From the NCBI GenBank assembly GCA_965220255.1, contig OZ244816.1:2376491-2440490 (forward strand): DNA of 64,000 bases, read 5' to 3'. Of the stretch, positions 9,591 through 18,718 are shown piece after piece. A program made the position numbers and the translations under genes. Every line of letters starts with the position of its first letter. Position 1 is the first letter of the stretch. The notes below the pieces were generated by a model. That model made no database searches, had not been told where the DNA came from, and saw nothing but the letters and a program-made list of their open reading frames with translations. The DNA is from Dehalococcoidia bacterium (GTDB taxonomy: Bacteria; Chloroflexota; Dehalococcoidia; Lucifugimonadales; VXLM01).

Positions 9591-12017
9591 TCATCCACCT
9601 GGCGAGAGGCTCTGTCTCGTCTCCGCGCCCGCCTCGATCTTGTTCCAGCTATAGAGCATCGGGATGAAGCCGACATCCGCCCAGGTAGACGACTGGTCGG
9701 CGAAATGTGAACTCGCCGGATGCCCTGAGGCGCCAAACGGCACGATCCAACGCGAGTTGTCCCAGTCGCTCAGGTCGTAGATGTACCGCGCGACGGACGA
9801 CCCGGCGATGCCGAATGGCTCGGCGTGCGAGTAGCTTGCGGCCAGGGGCGTGTCGCCGTCTCCGCCGAGCGGCATCACGGGGCCTTCTAGTTCCTTCGCC
9901 CAAGAGTAGGCGTTGGACAGCCAGTGGGGCCGGTTCGTCCGGTGAATGGCTCCCCACGTCCACTTGCTCATGTCGTCGCCAAGCCGTTCCGACAGGTACT
10001 CGACCGCGCTCCCAAGCGCCTCTGCCATGAGCGAACTCCATGTCGCACCGTCTGGCAGGAACGACGAGTCGCCGGCATCCGCCATGCGAACGAACTGGGC
10101 CTTGAGCAGCGAGACGTGATGGGGCGCGCCGCGTCCGCCCGCGCCAAGCGCGTAGTCCGCCAGCGGTCCGAGAAGTCCTCTCAATATCGTGTCGTCGAGA
10201 TGGTGCCGGAATGTGCTGTAGAGGGTCGGGCCGACCGCGTCCACGTCCATGCTCCCATCCCACGCCGTGAGAATCTCCTTCGCCGCAGCACAACGCTCGT
10301 CGGCGGGCTCCACGTTTGCCAAGAGCTTACTGTAGGCAAGACCCGGGATAGACACCCTCTCGGCGTGAACGTCACCCATGTCCTCGACCGTCGCGCTCTG
10401 TATCTCGACTAGCCGGTCATAGATCCGTCGAGCGCGGTGCTCCGTCGCGTACTGGACACTGATGTAGTGGGGAAAATCGTCCCCTACCTGCTTGTTGTTC
10501 GCCGTGACGATGAACCCGTTCTCAGGATTCCGAATGCGCGGCATCTCCTCGAACGGGATGAACCCGTCCCACTCGTGCTCACCCGTCCAGCCCGGCACAG
10601 GCAGCCAGGCGTTGGCCATATTCCGTACCGGCACCTTCCCCCTAGTGAGGTACGCGATGTCCCCGTCGACGTCCCCGAAGACGTAGTTGTTGCACGGGTC
10701 TACCCATCCCCTCATCGCCTCATCCATCTCACCCACCGAGCTTGACCGTAATTGCAGCAGCAGCGCCTCGTGTGCGGTGTTCGCACCATCCGTGGCCGTG
10801 TACTTGAAGGCGATCGCCTTCCCGTTGCTCGGCTCCCCAACCACAATGGGTCCGTGATGAGTGGTCGTGACCTCGATCTCCACCGGCTCCGCGCCTCTCA
10901 CCTGGATTGTTTCTGGGTGAGTCTCAGCATGTCTCCAGCTTCCCTTGTACTCGTAGTGGAGCGTTCCCCCTCCCCTGAACGATTCGATGTACATGTCCTG
11001 GTAGTCCGCCGCCGCATGGGTTACGCACCATGCCACGCGGGCGTTGTGACCGAAATGAGGAAACGCCGGACACCCCGGAAACGACAGTCCCATCGCATCG
11101 AACTCGTCGCAGGCGATGTGGTTCTGGTAGTAGACGCTCGGAGTCTCGATGGGACGGTGGGGGTCTCCTGCTATCAGGGGCTTGCCGGACTCCGTTCTGC
11201 TCCCGTGTACGGCCCAGTTGTTGCTGCCTGAGTCGGCATCCGCCATCCCGTCCACGTACTCCGCGCCGGACACGTACTCGCTCAGCACGTCGTAGTTGTC
11301 GCCGAGGTACTCGGCACCCGGCGGAACGATCAGCAGTCCCCCTTCTTCATACTGGGGCATGAGCTCCGCCGCCCGCTCCGGACCGAGCGCGGCCACCATC
11401 TTTGCCCGCCACAGCTTGGCCTCCATGTGACCCATCAACACGTGCCGCGCCTTGAAGACCGCCAGACAGTCATGCGCCGTCCACGTCTCAGGTGACTCGC
11501 CGAGCATCTTGTACTCGACGGGAAGCGACTCTGTCGTATTGAGAAAGCCGTTCACGCCTTCCGCGTATGCCTCGAACATCGCCCGCGTCTCGTCGTTGAT
11601 GGCCGCATAGTCCCGATCAACCGACCGGCGAAGTTGAAACTTCCGCATGAGCACGTCCTGCTCGACCGCGCCCTCGCCCGCAAACTCGGCCCAACGCCCG
11701 TACGCCCATCGGCGGTCGTGGTCCATCTGGAAGAAACGGTCCTGCGCCGTGGCAAACCCCTGGCCGAAGAACGCGTCGTGCGCCGTCGTCGCCTTAACGT
11801 GCGGAATGCCGTAGGCGTCGCGGTATATGGTCACCGGGCCGTCCAGCTCACTGAACGACAGGCTGACATTGACATTAGGAACTGCGGCGTCAAGTGCGTT
11901 TTGGGATATGGTTCGGGTTTCGGACAAGGGACTATTCCTCACATAAGACTGCTGTGGAAGTGCAGTGTAGGAGCATAGCCCTTCCGCGTCAACGCAATAT
12001 ACGTCCCTCCGGCCCAA
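9591..12017 (-). CDS. Penicillin acylase / acyl-homoserine-lactone acylase family Ntn hydrolase
   Basis: YRDAYGIPHV, GFATAQDRFFQMD and the nucleophile region GSNNWAVHG...GKPLIAGDPH. The track start at 12017 is a TTG; GTG at 11942 is an alternative. No obvious signal peptide. Confidence 0.85.
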   Translation of the reverse strand: MGRRDVYCVDAEGLCSYTALPQQSYVRNSPLSETRTISQNALDAAVPNVNVSLSFSELDGPVTIYRDAYGIPHVKATTAHDAFFGQGFATAQDRFFQMDHDRRWAYGRWAEFAGEGAVEQDVLMRKFQLRRSVDRDYAAINDETRAMFEAYAEGVNGFLNTTESLPVEYKMLGESPETWTAHDCLAVFKARHVLMGHMEAKLWRAKMVAALGPERAAELMPQYEEGGLLIVPPGAEYLGDNYDVLSEYVSGAEYVDGMADADSGSNNWAVHGSRTESGKPLIAGDPHRPIETPSVYYQNHIACDEFDAMGLSFPGCPAFPHFGHNARVAWCVTHAAADYQDMYIESFRGGGTLHYEYKGSWRHAETHPETIQVRGAEPVEIEVTTTHHGPIVVGEPSNGKAIAFKYTATDGANTAHEALLLQLRSSSVGEMDEAMRGWVDPCNNYVFGDVDGDIAYLTRGKVPVRNMANAWLPVPGWTGEHEWDGFIPFEEMPRIRNPENGFIVTANNKQVGDDFPHYISVQYATEHRARRIYDRLVEIQSATVEDMGDVHAERVSIPGLAYSKLLANVEPADERCAAAKEILTAWDGSMDVDAVGPTLYSTFRHHLDDTILRGLLGPLADYALGAGGRGAPHHVSLLKAQFVRMADAGDSSFLPDGATWSSLMAEALGSAVEYLSERLGDDMSKWTWGAIHRTNRPHWLSNAYSWAKELEGPVMPLGGDGDTPLAASYSHAEPFGIAGSSVARYIYDLSDWDNSRWIVPFGASGHPASSHFADQSSTWADVGFIPMLYSWNKIEAGAETRQSLSPGG

Positions 12018-12073
12018 AAGAAAGAGGTGGGCCCAATAGACCCACCTCTTGAAACTTCACCGGTCGGGAATCG

Positions 12074-13249
12074 TTACTGCACGTACACTGCCAACATCCT
12101 GCAATCGTCCGGGTCGGCGCTCGCGGCCGTTTCCAATCTTACACAGGCATTGATGTTCAACTTAGTGCCGCTCGCTGCATTGGCGATCGCCCGCACTTCG
12201 ATCTCTCCTGCCGCGCCAATTGTGCGGCCGCCCACGACACAGGTGATCGTTCCCCCTGGAGTTTCGGTAAATTCACCCTTGCCGTCCTTTTCAAAACCCT
12301 CCAGCACGTTCGGATGAGTGCAGTTGGGATGGCTGGGATAGAGTCTCTCGTCGATAAACCGCAGAAGGGTAGTGGCCGTGAGCTCATCTGGCAAGAAGAT
12401 GTCGATTGCCACGTCTTGAACTGACTCGTCGGTTCCCCCAACAGTTTCGTGGTCAACGACGAATTGGAATGTTCCTCCGGGAGCAACCGTTTCTTCCTGA
12501 GTCTCAATGGCCAGACTGCGCGACACGAACGCCAGCGATGAGCAGTTCAGGGGTTCGCTTGTAATCGCACCGCCTGATCCTGTAACTGCCGAAAGCCTGG
12601 TGCAGTTGTTGGACCAGACGCCTTCATCTTTGGCGACGTTGTCGGTCCGGTATGTCGTGAGCCAGACATCGAGGTTGAGGGTTGTGCCGTCGGCCACGTC
12701 GCCGACTTCAGTCTCAAGAGTGATGGTCCCCTGGGCATTCGTCGCGCGCGTCCCGAGGAGGCAGATCATTGTGCCTCCGGGATCGCCCGTTATTGCTCCC
12801 GCTTCTTGACTCGCAAACCGCTCGAGCTTGCTCGCCTGGCTGCATGCGGGAGTCCCCGGCTCCACTCTCGTTGCGGTCAGTGCGTCAGGCAACTCGATAT
12901 CGACCGTCACCGCACCCGCTTCCGAACTTCCCTGGTTAACGTGGATGATCTTGAAGACTACGGTGTCGCCCTTGGAAATCGAAGTCTTGTCTGCCGTTAT
13001 CGTCGCCGTCATGTCGGGCGGGTCGCGGAAGTCGAGGTGTCCAACGTCGCGGGCAATCCACCAGACCAACCCGGCCAGGGTTGCGATTGAAAGGAAGGCC
13101 AAGATTGAAGTCCACCAGAATACGCCGCCGCGCTTCCTCCACCACACGAGGATACCGATCAGCCCACTGGGCTCCTCCTCGCTGAGCCGTAGCGGCTTTA
13201 TCGGTTCTCTGGATCCTGGACCTACTTCCGGTGTATAACGTTCCGCCAA
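12074..13249 (-). CDS. Membrane-anchored protein with two DUF11/CARDB-like beta-sandwich modules
   Basis: One TM helix, then PPDMTATIT. Two modules of the type TVVFKIIHVNQG...VTVDIELPDALTAT and FQFVVDHETVGG...VAIDIFLPDELTAT. Confidence 0.55.
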   Translation of the reverse strand: MAERYTPEVGPGSREPIKPLRLSEEEPSGLIGILVWWRKRGGVFWWTSILAFLSIATLAGLVWWIARDVGHLDFRDPPDMTATITADKTSISKGDTVVFKIIHVNQGSSEAGAVTVDIELPDALTATRVEPGTPACSQASKLERFASQEAGAITGDPGGTMICLLGTRATNAQGTITLETEVGDVADGTTLNLDVWLTTYRTDNVAKDEGVWSNNCTRLSAVTGSGGAITSEPLNCSSLAFVSRSLAIETQEETVAPGGTFQFVVDHETVGGTDESVQDVAIDIFLPDELTATTLLRFIDERLYPSHPNCTHPNVLEGFEKDGKGEFTETPGGTITCVVGGRTIGAAGEIEVRAIANAASGTKLNINACVRLETAASADPDDCRMLAVYVQ

Positions 13250-13332
13250 CGATCTCCTCCTCGTCCTTCAATCGCAATCTCGCGAAGACGACATGAGACT
13301 AATGTAGTCTCGCCCCGCCTTCGATGCAAGCT

Positions 13333-13845
13333 TTATTGAACCGTGACAACCGCCGTTGCAGTGTTATTCTCTTTCACCGTCTCTGACTTCTTTTCATCGC
13401 GCGTAGTGGCGGTCTCTATAGTTGCCTGGGCCTGCAGTTCCGTGCCCTTTGCCGCCGAGGAATCTATCGTAGCCGTGACGGTCACGGTGCCGCTTCTCTG
13501 CGGTTGCTGTGTGCCCAGCCTGCAAGTGACCGTTGTGCCGGAGGACGTGCACGCCGCCGAAGGTACGATCTCTCCGATCGTCGACCCTCCCGGCAATGCG
13601 ATGGTCATCGAGACCGACCCGGCGGGGTTCTCACCCTTGTTCTCATACCCGATCGTATAGGTCACTTCTCCGCCCGCGGCTACTTGGCTGGAGGAGGGCG
13701 TCATCGTGGCCGCCATGTCCGGGGGGCCGCCCAACTCAACCGCTCCCTGATTTACGGCTATGTAGAAACCGCCTCCAATGATGAGGCCGGCCGTGAGAAG
13801 TCCTATGATCAGTACGAACCAGAATGCGGCGCCTTGGCGTAGCAT
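13333..13845 (-). CDS. Membrane-anchored DUF11/CARDB-like protein (short paralog of 12074-13249)
   Basis: One TM helix, then PPDMAATMT and EVTYTIGYENKGENPAGSVSMTIALP. Same layout as its neighbour. Confidence 0.55.
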   Translation of the reverse strand: MLRQGAAFWFVLIIGLLTAGLIIGGGFYIAVNQGAVELGGPPDMAATMTPSSSQVAAGGEVTYTIGYENKGENPAGSVSMTIALPGGSTIGEIVPSAACTSSGTTVTCRLGTQQPQRSGTVTVTATIDSSAAKGTELQAQATIETATTRDEKKSETVKENNTATAVVTVQ

Positions 13846-14111
13846 GAAACACCTTCTCTCTCGACGCCCCTTGAAGTCTGAGGTTCCTGCGCGGGCGTCA
13901 ATTCATTTCCCGGTGTGCCGAGCGAGTCCGAGTATATTGGCAGCGCTTACTACAGTCAAGCAGAAAGGCCTATGAGTCCGACACCTCGCAATCGAAGGCC
14001 GACGGGCCTGCCGCACGGTAGTGACGGGCTAGAAACCTGCCATGTCGATGGAGAAATCGAGCCCCCCATTGCCCCGTTATTTCAACGACCTCGGCCCAGG
14101 AGGGAAGGGGA

Positions 14112-15614
14112 CTACGCCGCAAATGACTCGCGAATGTTCATGAGGTCACGTCGGAGACGTGTGTCCGCCTCGAGCTGGCGCTCGATCCTCCGGCAGGCAT
14201 GAATCACCGTCGAGTGGTCTCTCCCGCCCATGACCCGTCCGATGGTAGCCAGGGGCAGTTGCACTTCCTCTCGCAGCAGGTACATCGACACATGCCGCGC
14301 CTGCGCCGTCGTCCTGTCGCGTTTCTTCCCCTTCAGCGTGGACTTGTCGATGGAGAAGTACCGTGCGACCGCGCTCAGGACGTCCTCCTCGGATACTCTC
14401 CTGGCACTCTCTTTGAGCGAGTCTTCCAACGCCTGCTCCACCAGGTCCAAGTCAACGTCCGAATCGGAGGCTCCATTCAGAGACTTGTGGCCCAGCCCTG
14501 CATACGCCGCCACGATGTTCAAGCATCCTTCCAACTCCCGCACATTTCGTTGGACTCGCCCCGCAATGAACTCCAGCACGTTGTTGGGGAACTCCCTGTC
14601 GATCTGCTCAGCCTTCGACCTTAGTATCGCCAGGCGCGTCTCCAGGTCGGGTATCTGGATGTCAACGACCAGGCCTCCCGCGAGCCTGGAAGACACGCGG
14701 TCCTGCAGCAGCGAAAGCTCGCTTACCGGCCTGTCGCACGTTATGACGATCTGCTTGCCCGCCATGTGGAGCGCATTGAACGTGTGGAAGAACCCTTCCT
14801 GTGTCTGCTCCTTGCCGATGATGAACTGGATGTCATCTAGGAGCAACACGTCGGCGCTCCGGTACCTGTCCCGAAACTCCTCCGTCGTACCCTCCCGGAT
14901 AGCCCTGATGTACTCGTTCGTGAACTCCTCTGTCGTCGTGTAAAGGACATCGAGCCCAGCATCCTTAACCCTGTGGCCGATTGCGTGCATCAAATGTGTC
15001 TTGCCGAGACCAACCCCCGAGTAGATCACCAGCGGGTTATACACGAATCCGGGATTCTCGGATACCGCCACCGACGCCGCATGCGCCAGGTTGTTGGAGG
15101 TGCCGACGATGAAGTTCTCGAATCGATACCTTGCATTCAACCCCATCCGTCGGTAGGACGGTCGAGATGCGGCGCCGTCTTGATCCAGAGACATTCGAGG
15201 AGTTCCTGCATCGCCGGCGCCGTTGGTTCGGGGCATCGATCCTGCGTTCGACCGCACCTCTCCACCGACTTCAAACCGGATCTCCAGGTGCTCTCCGGTG
15301 ATCCCCTCGAGGCACCGGGAAATGAGGGCGTACATCCGCGTGTCGAGCATCTCGGAGACGAAGGCGTTTGGTGTCCTCACCTCGAGCGCGCCATCCTCCA
15401 CAGAAACGCCGGTCGTCCCCTTCAGCCAGGTCTCGTAGCTCGGCTTGGGTATCTGCAGTTGAAGCTCGCCGAGGACTGCGTCCCACATCTCGCGTGGGCT
15501 GATTTTGGCAGGTTTGTCGGTCACGTGTTGGGGTTCTGGGAAAGTGGTCATGGGAGTGCGGATTCTAACACGCCGTAAACCCTCTGGAGTGGAAGTCTGA
15601 GCGAGTTTCCCCAC
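14112..15614 (-). CDS. dnaA: Chromosomal replication initiator protein DnaA
   Basis: AAA+ Walker A GVGLGKTHL, box VII and sensor motifs, and the C-terminal DNA-binding signature GGRDHSTVIHACRRIE. Confidence 0.95.
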   Translation of the reverse strand: MGKLAQTSTPEGLRRVRIRTPMTTFPEPQHVTDKPAKISPREMWDAVLGELQLQIPKPSYETWLKGTTGVSVEDGALEVRTPNAFVSEMLDTRMYALISRCLEGITGEHLEIRFEVGGEVRSNAGSMPRTNGAGDAGTPRMSLDQDGAASRPSYRRMGLNARYRFENFIVGTSNNLAHAASVAVSENPGFVYNPLVIYSGVGLGKTHLMHAIGHRVKDAGLDVLYTTTEEFTNEYIRAIREGTTEEFRDRYRSADVLLLDDIQFIIGKEQTQEGFFHTFNALHMAGKQIVITCDRPVSELSLLQDRVSSRLAGGLVVDIQIPDLETRLAILRSKAEQIDREFPNNVLEFIAGRVQRNVRELEGCLNIVAAYAGLGHKSLNGASDSDVDLDLVEQALEDSLKESARRVSEEDVLSAVARYFSIDKSTLKGKKRDRTTAQARHVSMYLLREEVQLPLATIGRVMGGRDHSTVIHACRRIERQLEADTRLRRDLMNIRESFAA

Positions 15615-15617
15615 ACT

Positions 15618-15626
15618 TTATCCACA
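15618..15626 (+). promoter_or_regulatory. Perfect DnaA box TTATCCACA
   Basis: Exact 9-mer consensus, 4 nt upstream of the dnaA start codon. Confidence 0.7.
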
Positions 15627-15998
15627 CCCCGACTTCCGCCCTCCCTCTTCAAACGTGAACAGGCCGTGAGCCGCTAGTTATAGGCGCTGCCCGTCTACAG
15701 GCCATTCGTTCTATTCGGCGGTATTCCGGAATATTCCTATATTCTGTTGAAAAATTGGCACCCCATTTCATTGACGTTCCGACCCCATGGATGCCATGGT
15801 TGACTGGCTGGTCCCATCTGAGAACTTCCCCTACACTCACATGGATTGGTTGTCATCTAATCTTTGGGAGAGAAAAAGACGAAAGTCTGAACATGTGGAA
15901 TCCGTACTTTTCTCACGACAATGACCATCGTTAGCGGCCCTGCACAGGTGTTCGGTATGCCTTGGTAGGTCGCATTCAACCACCATTCATCGAACTTT

Positions 15999-16007
15999 GG
16001 TGGATAA
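15999..16007 (-). promoter_or_regulatory. DnaA box, 8/9 match (GGTGGATAA on the + strand)
   Basis: One mismatch to TGTGGATAA. Confidence 0.45.
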
Positions 16008-16173
16008 CCTACCCGAACCGTACGCTACCTACGCCAGCCCGACGAATTCCAAGAACCTCCGCTCCCTAGGAAGGCCACACTTGACCCAAATAGACCGTCA
16101 AGCTATTCCAAACGCGGTCCCGTCCACTACGCCGCCGTGAGCTGTCCAGCTACTCCTCTCGTTTCGGGGAAGC

Positions 16174-16188
16174 GAGCCTGTCGAAGGG
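16174..16188 (+). repeat. Family A repeat core copy
   Basis: gagcctgtcgaaggg, 3' of the membrane-protein gene ending at 16257. Confidence 0.5.
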
Positions 16189-16256
16189 TGGTAAAGACCC
16201 TATCCTGCAGTCTCGTCCTGCATACGCACCGAAAACCGGAAGCGCCAATAGAGCGA

Positions 16257-16886
16257 CTACCAGGCGGCAGACCGGTCCCGCCACTGGAGATATCCCATCC
16301 AGATAAGCGCGGATCCTAAGGCCAAAACGGAGAGAAATCGCAACCCGAAAGCAATGCCGCTCAACCCAAATGTCAGTCCACCGAACCACAGCAAATGTCC
16401 CGCCCATCGGTGGAATACGCTGGCCGACGCGGTCGATCGCCCAAACAGAAAGAGCCCTATTCCCAGGAGCACGTAGGACGGCCAGTAGAGCACATCAAAT
16501 CGAAGTTCACCCAATAGCAGGAAGTCGAAATCGACGAGTTCGGGTGCTTCGGCAGCCAGTCTGGGCCACATGAGTGTCTGCTCGCTCTGCACCCACGCAA
16601 ACATCACCGCTCCAAGTAGCGAAAGATAAAACCCCACCTGTCCGGCTTTGGATATCGTCCCTTTCTGGGCTAGGTAGAAGCTCACAAGCACTCCCGGGAG
16701 CAGGATGGCCGCAATCATCCCGGCCACGTTGAGAGGCATCCACAACCCGTGTTCCACAACGTCCAGGATCTCCACCGTCGGGTCAAGGCGGGGCAGCAGG
16801 GTAGCGACCGGTATCCACCAGACCAGCAGCAGCACACCCGTCACCATGGCAATCATGCCGTCCCATCGGGTCAATTGTGTTCCCAT
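16257..16886 (-). CDS. Polytopic membrane protein, unknown function
   Basis: 209-aa ORF with about 6 hydrophobic helices. No recognisable motif. Confidence 0.5.
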   Translation of the reverse strand: MGTQLTRWDGMIAMVTGVLLLVWWIPVATLLPRLDPTVEILDVVEHGLWMPLNVAGMIAAILLPGVLVSFYLAQKGTISKAGQVGFYLSLLGAVMFAWVQSEQTLMWPRLAAEAPELVDFDFLLLGELRFDVLYWPSYVLLGIGLFLFGRSTASASVFHRWAGHLLWFGGLTFGLSGIAFGLRFLSVLALGSALIWMGYLQWRDRSAAW

Positions 16887-16919
16887 ACTTCCCCCGTAGA
16901 CCGTCCGGCCTTCGTCTGC

Positions 16920-17768
16920 TTACCCGTTCCCCAATATCTCCCGGTACCCGTCGACAATCGCCTTCGCGCCCCTCGATATCAGGTCCAGTTCGCTCGTTTC
17001 CTCGAAGAAGAGCGCCCCCTTGCCGATCCACCGCGCTGCCGACTCGTGTCCCTTGACGCTCGTCCCAAACGGCACGCCGTTCTGAAGACACAGTTCGAGC
17101 ACGTGCTCCATCGGTCCCAGGACGTCGGGATGGTCCCAGTCGCCCGGATGATCGAACTCCAGCGACGTATCTCCCGGGCCGCAGTACACCATGTCCACGC
17201 CCGGCGTGCTCACGATTTCCTCGGCGTTGGCGTATCCTGTCCGCGTTTCGATGTGGACGACCAGCGTCGTCTCCGCATCCTGACCCGCTATCCACCCCTG
17301 ACGGTCCGTGGGCTTTATGTAGTCGCTGCTCCCGTATCCCGTCGCGCTCGCCCTGCTCCCCTTGGGATACAGCTTGATCAGGTCCACCAGCGTCTCGATC
17401 TCCTCCCTCGTCTCCGTGCGCGGAAGCTGTATACCCACGATGCCGCATTCCAGGAGTTTCGCAACCTCCTGGCGCTCCAACTGAGGCGTCTTCGCGACGA
17501 CCGGCATCCCGTTGTCTCGCGCGGACACCACCATGTCCGCCAAATCGGTCATGCCGAAATAGGCGTGCTCGTATTCGATGTACACGAAATCGTACCCCGC
17601 CTGCTGGTATAGCTTCATCAGGGACGGCCGCGTGTACTCGCACACCATCCCACCGACCATCACCTCGCCGGCCGCGAGTCTCCCCTTGAGCTGGCGTCCC
17701 GGCCCGCCCTCAGGATAGAGGGCCTTGACCCGTGCCTCAGCCGAGGCCGCTATCTCCGACTTGGGCAT
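16920..17768 (-). CDS. HpcH/HpaI aldolase / citrate-lyase beta family protein
   Basis: Family pattern: AGYDFVYIEYEH, VVAKTPQLE, GIVGIQLPRTET, VHIETRTG. Confidence 0.8.
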   Translation of the reverse strand: MPKSEIAASAEARVKALYPEGGPGRQLKGRLAAGEVMVGGMVCEYTRPSLMKLYQQAGYDFVYIEYEHAYFGMTDLADMVVSARDNGMPVVAKTPQLERQEVAKLLECGIVGIQLPRTETREEIETLVDLIKLYPKGSRASATGYGSSDYIKPTDRQGWIAGQDAETTLVVHIETRTGYANAEEIVSTPGVDMVYCGPGDTSLEFDHPGDWDHPDVLGPMEHVLELCLQNGVPFGTSVKGHESAARWIGKGALFFEETSELDLISRGAKAIVDGYREILGNG

Positions 17769-17849
17769 CGATCATCCTCCGAATGGATATCATCGCGGAG
17801 AGTCGCTTTCTCCGCCGCCGCGCAGTGTATCGGATTGAAGGGTGGGGCG

Positions 17850-18545
17850 CTACCGAGCGCAGGCCGCCTCCCACAGTCCCTCATGCACCGTAATGATCCG
17901 TTCCACCGCCGCATCGAGACTCTCCCCAAACACCACCGTTCCCGTATGGGCCTTGTCCCACTCCGGCCAGTGGTCCTTCAGAACCACGTACTGCCCAAGC
18001 TCCTCGATGACCTCCTCGACCGAGTACGGCAGGTCGACCGTCCCCGCGTCGCCGTAACGGGTCGTCTCGACTACGCCGAGCCGCTCCCACGCCCCGCGTG
18101 ACCTGTCCGAGTACAGCAGCTCGGTATTCTCGTGAACATGCACAATCGCCTTGATCTGCGGATACTTCCGGTAGAAGTGCCAGTGAAGAATGCTCTCCGA
18201 CGACGGGAGCTTCTCCCCTGAGTAGTAGGCCCTCGACAGCATCTCGTTCGTCTCGTCGAAGGTGTACCGCTCCAGGCGCACATAGTCGTTCACCTTGAGC
18301 CCTCGCTTAGATGCAAGCTGAGTAGCCGTGACGATCATCGCCCCCTCGTCGCTCGCCCGCACGCTCACATTCCCATTGCTGCCAACGGGATTCCCTTCAG
18401 TGTACGACGCCAGCAAGTCGAGTGCGTCCAGCGCGTCGCACGCCTCGCTGAGCGGCCTCGTCTCCGATTCCGTGGGCGGGCAGGGGGATATCCGCTCCCA
18501 ACTGAATTTCACCAGTTCCGAACTAAGACCGGGAGTGTAGGGCAT
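17850..18545 (-). CDS. Class II aldolase/adducin N-terminal domain protein
   Basis: GNVSVRA...MIVTATQ, PSSESILHWHFY, IKAIVHVHE. Confidence 0.75.
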   Translation of the reverse strand: MPYTPGLSSELVKFSWERISPCPPTESETRPLSEACDALDALDLLASYTEGNPVGSNGNVSVRASDEGAMIVTATQLASKRGLKVNDYVRLERYTFDETNEMLSRAYYSGEKLPSSESILHWHFYRKYPQIKAIVHVHENTELLYSDRSRGAWERLGVVETTRYGDAGTVDLPYSVEEVIEELGQYVVLKDHWPEWDKAHTGTVVFGESLDAAVERIITVHEGLWEAACAR

Positions 18546-18608
18546 CTACGTGTAGAAGTCTCTCAAAGTAATTGACTTGGACGGCGAGAAAGTATATCCG
18601 CTCATCTT

Positions 18609-18712
18609 GGGCCTGTCGAAGGCTCGTCGCGCCACCCGTTCACCCCCGTATCAAGTACGGGGCAAGCTCTGAGCCTGCCGAATGGCGTCCCCTCGGTGAA
18701 ACCCCTCACACC
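18609..18712 (+). repeat. Family A dispersed repeat, long copy with an internal hairpin
   Basis: gttcacccccgtatcaagtacggggcaagctctgagcctgccgaatgg, plus a partial core at 18609-18622. The CCCCGTA-tcaag-TACGGGG stem-loop is present. Confidence 0.65.
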
Positions 18713-18718
18713 CACCGG

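Larger units (their letters stand above)
15615..16020. other. Candidate chromosomal replication origin (oriC) upstream of dnaA
   Basis: Non-coding stretch with a perfect DnaA box (15618-15626) and a 1-mismatch inverted box (15999-16007). An AT-enriched tract at 15721-15775 includes the palindrome GGAATATTCC (15728-15737). Confidence 0.45.

Noticed and set aside
13296-13312. Inverted repeat GAGACTA-atg-TAGTCTC between the two DUF11-like genes.
   Set aside because: The stem is short, has no T-run and occurs only once. It may be a weak terminator or attenuator but cannot be supported from sequence alone.
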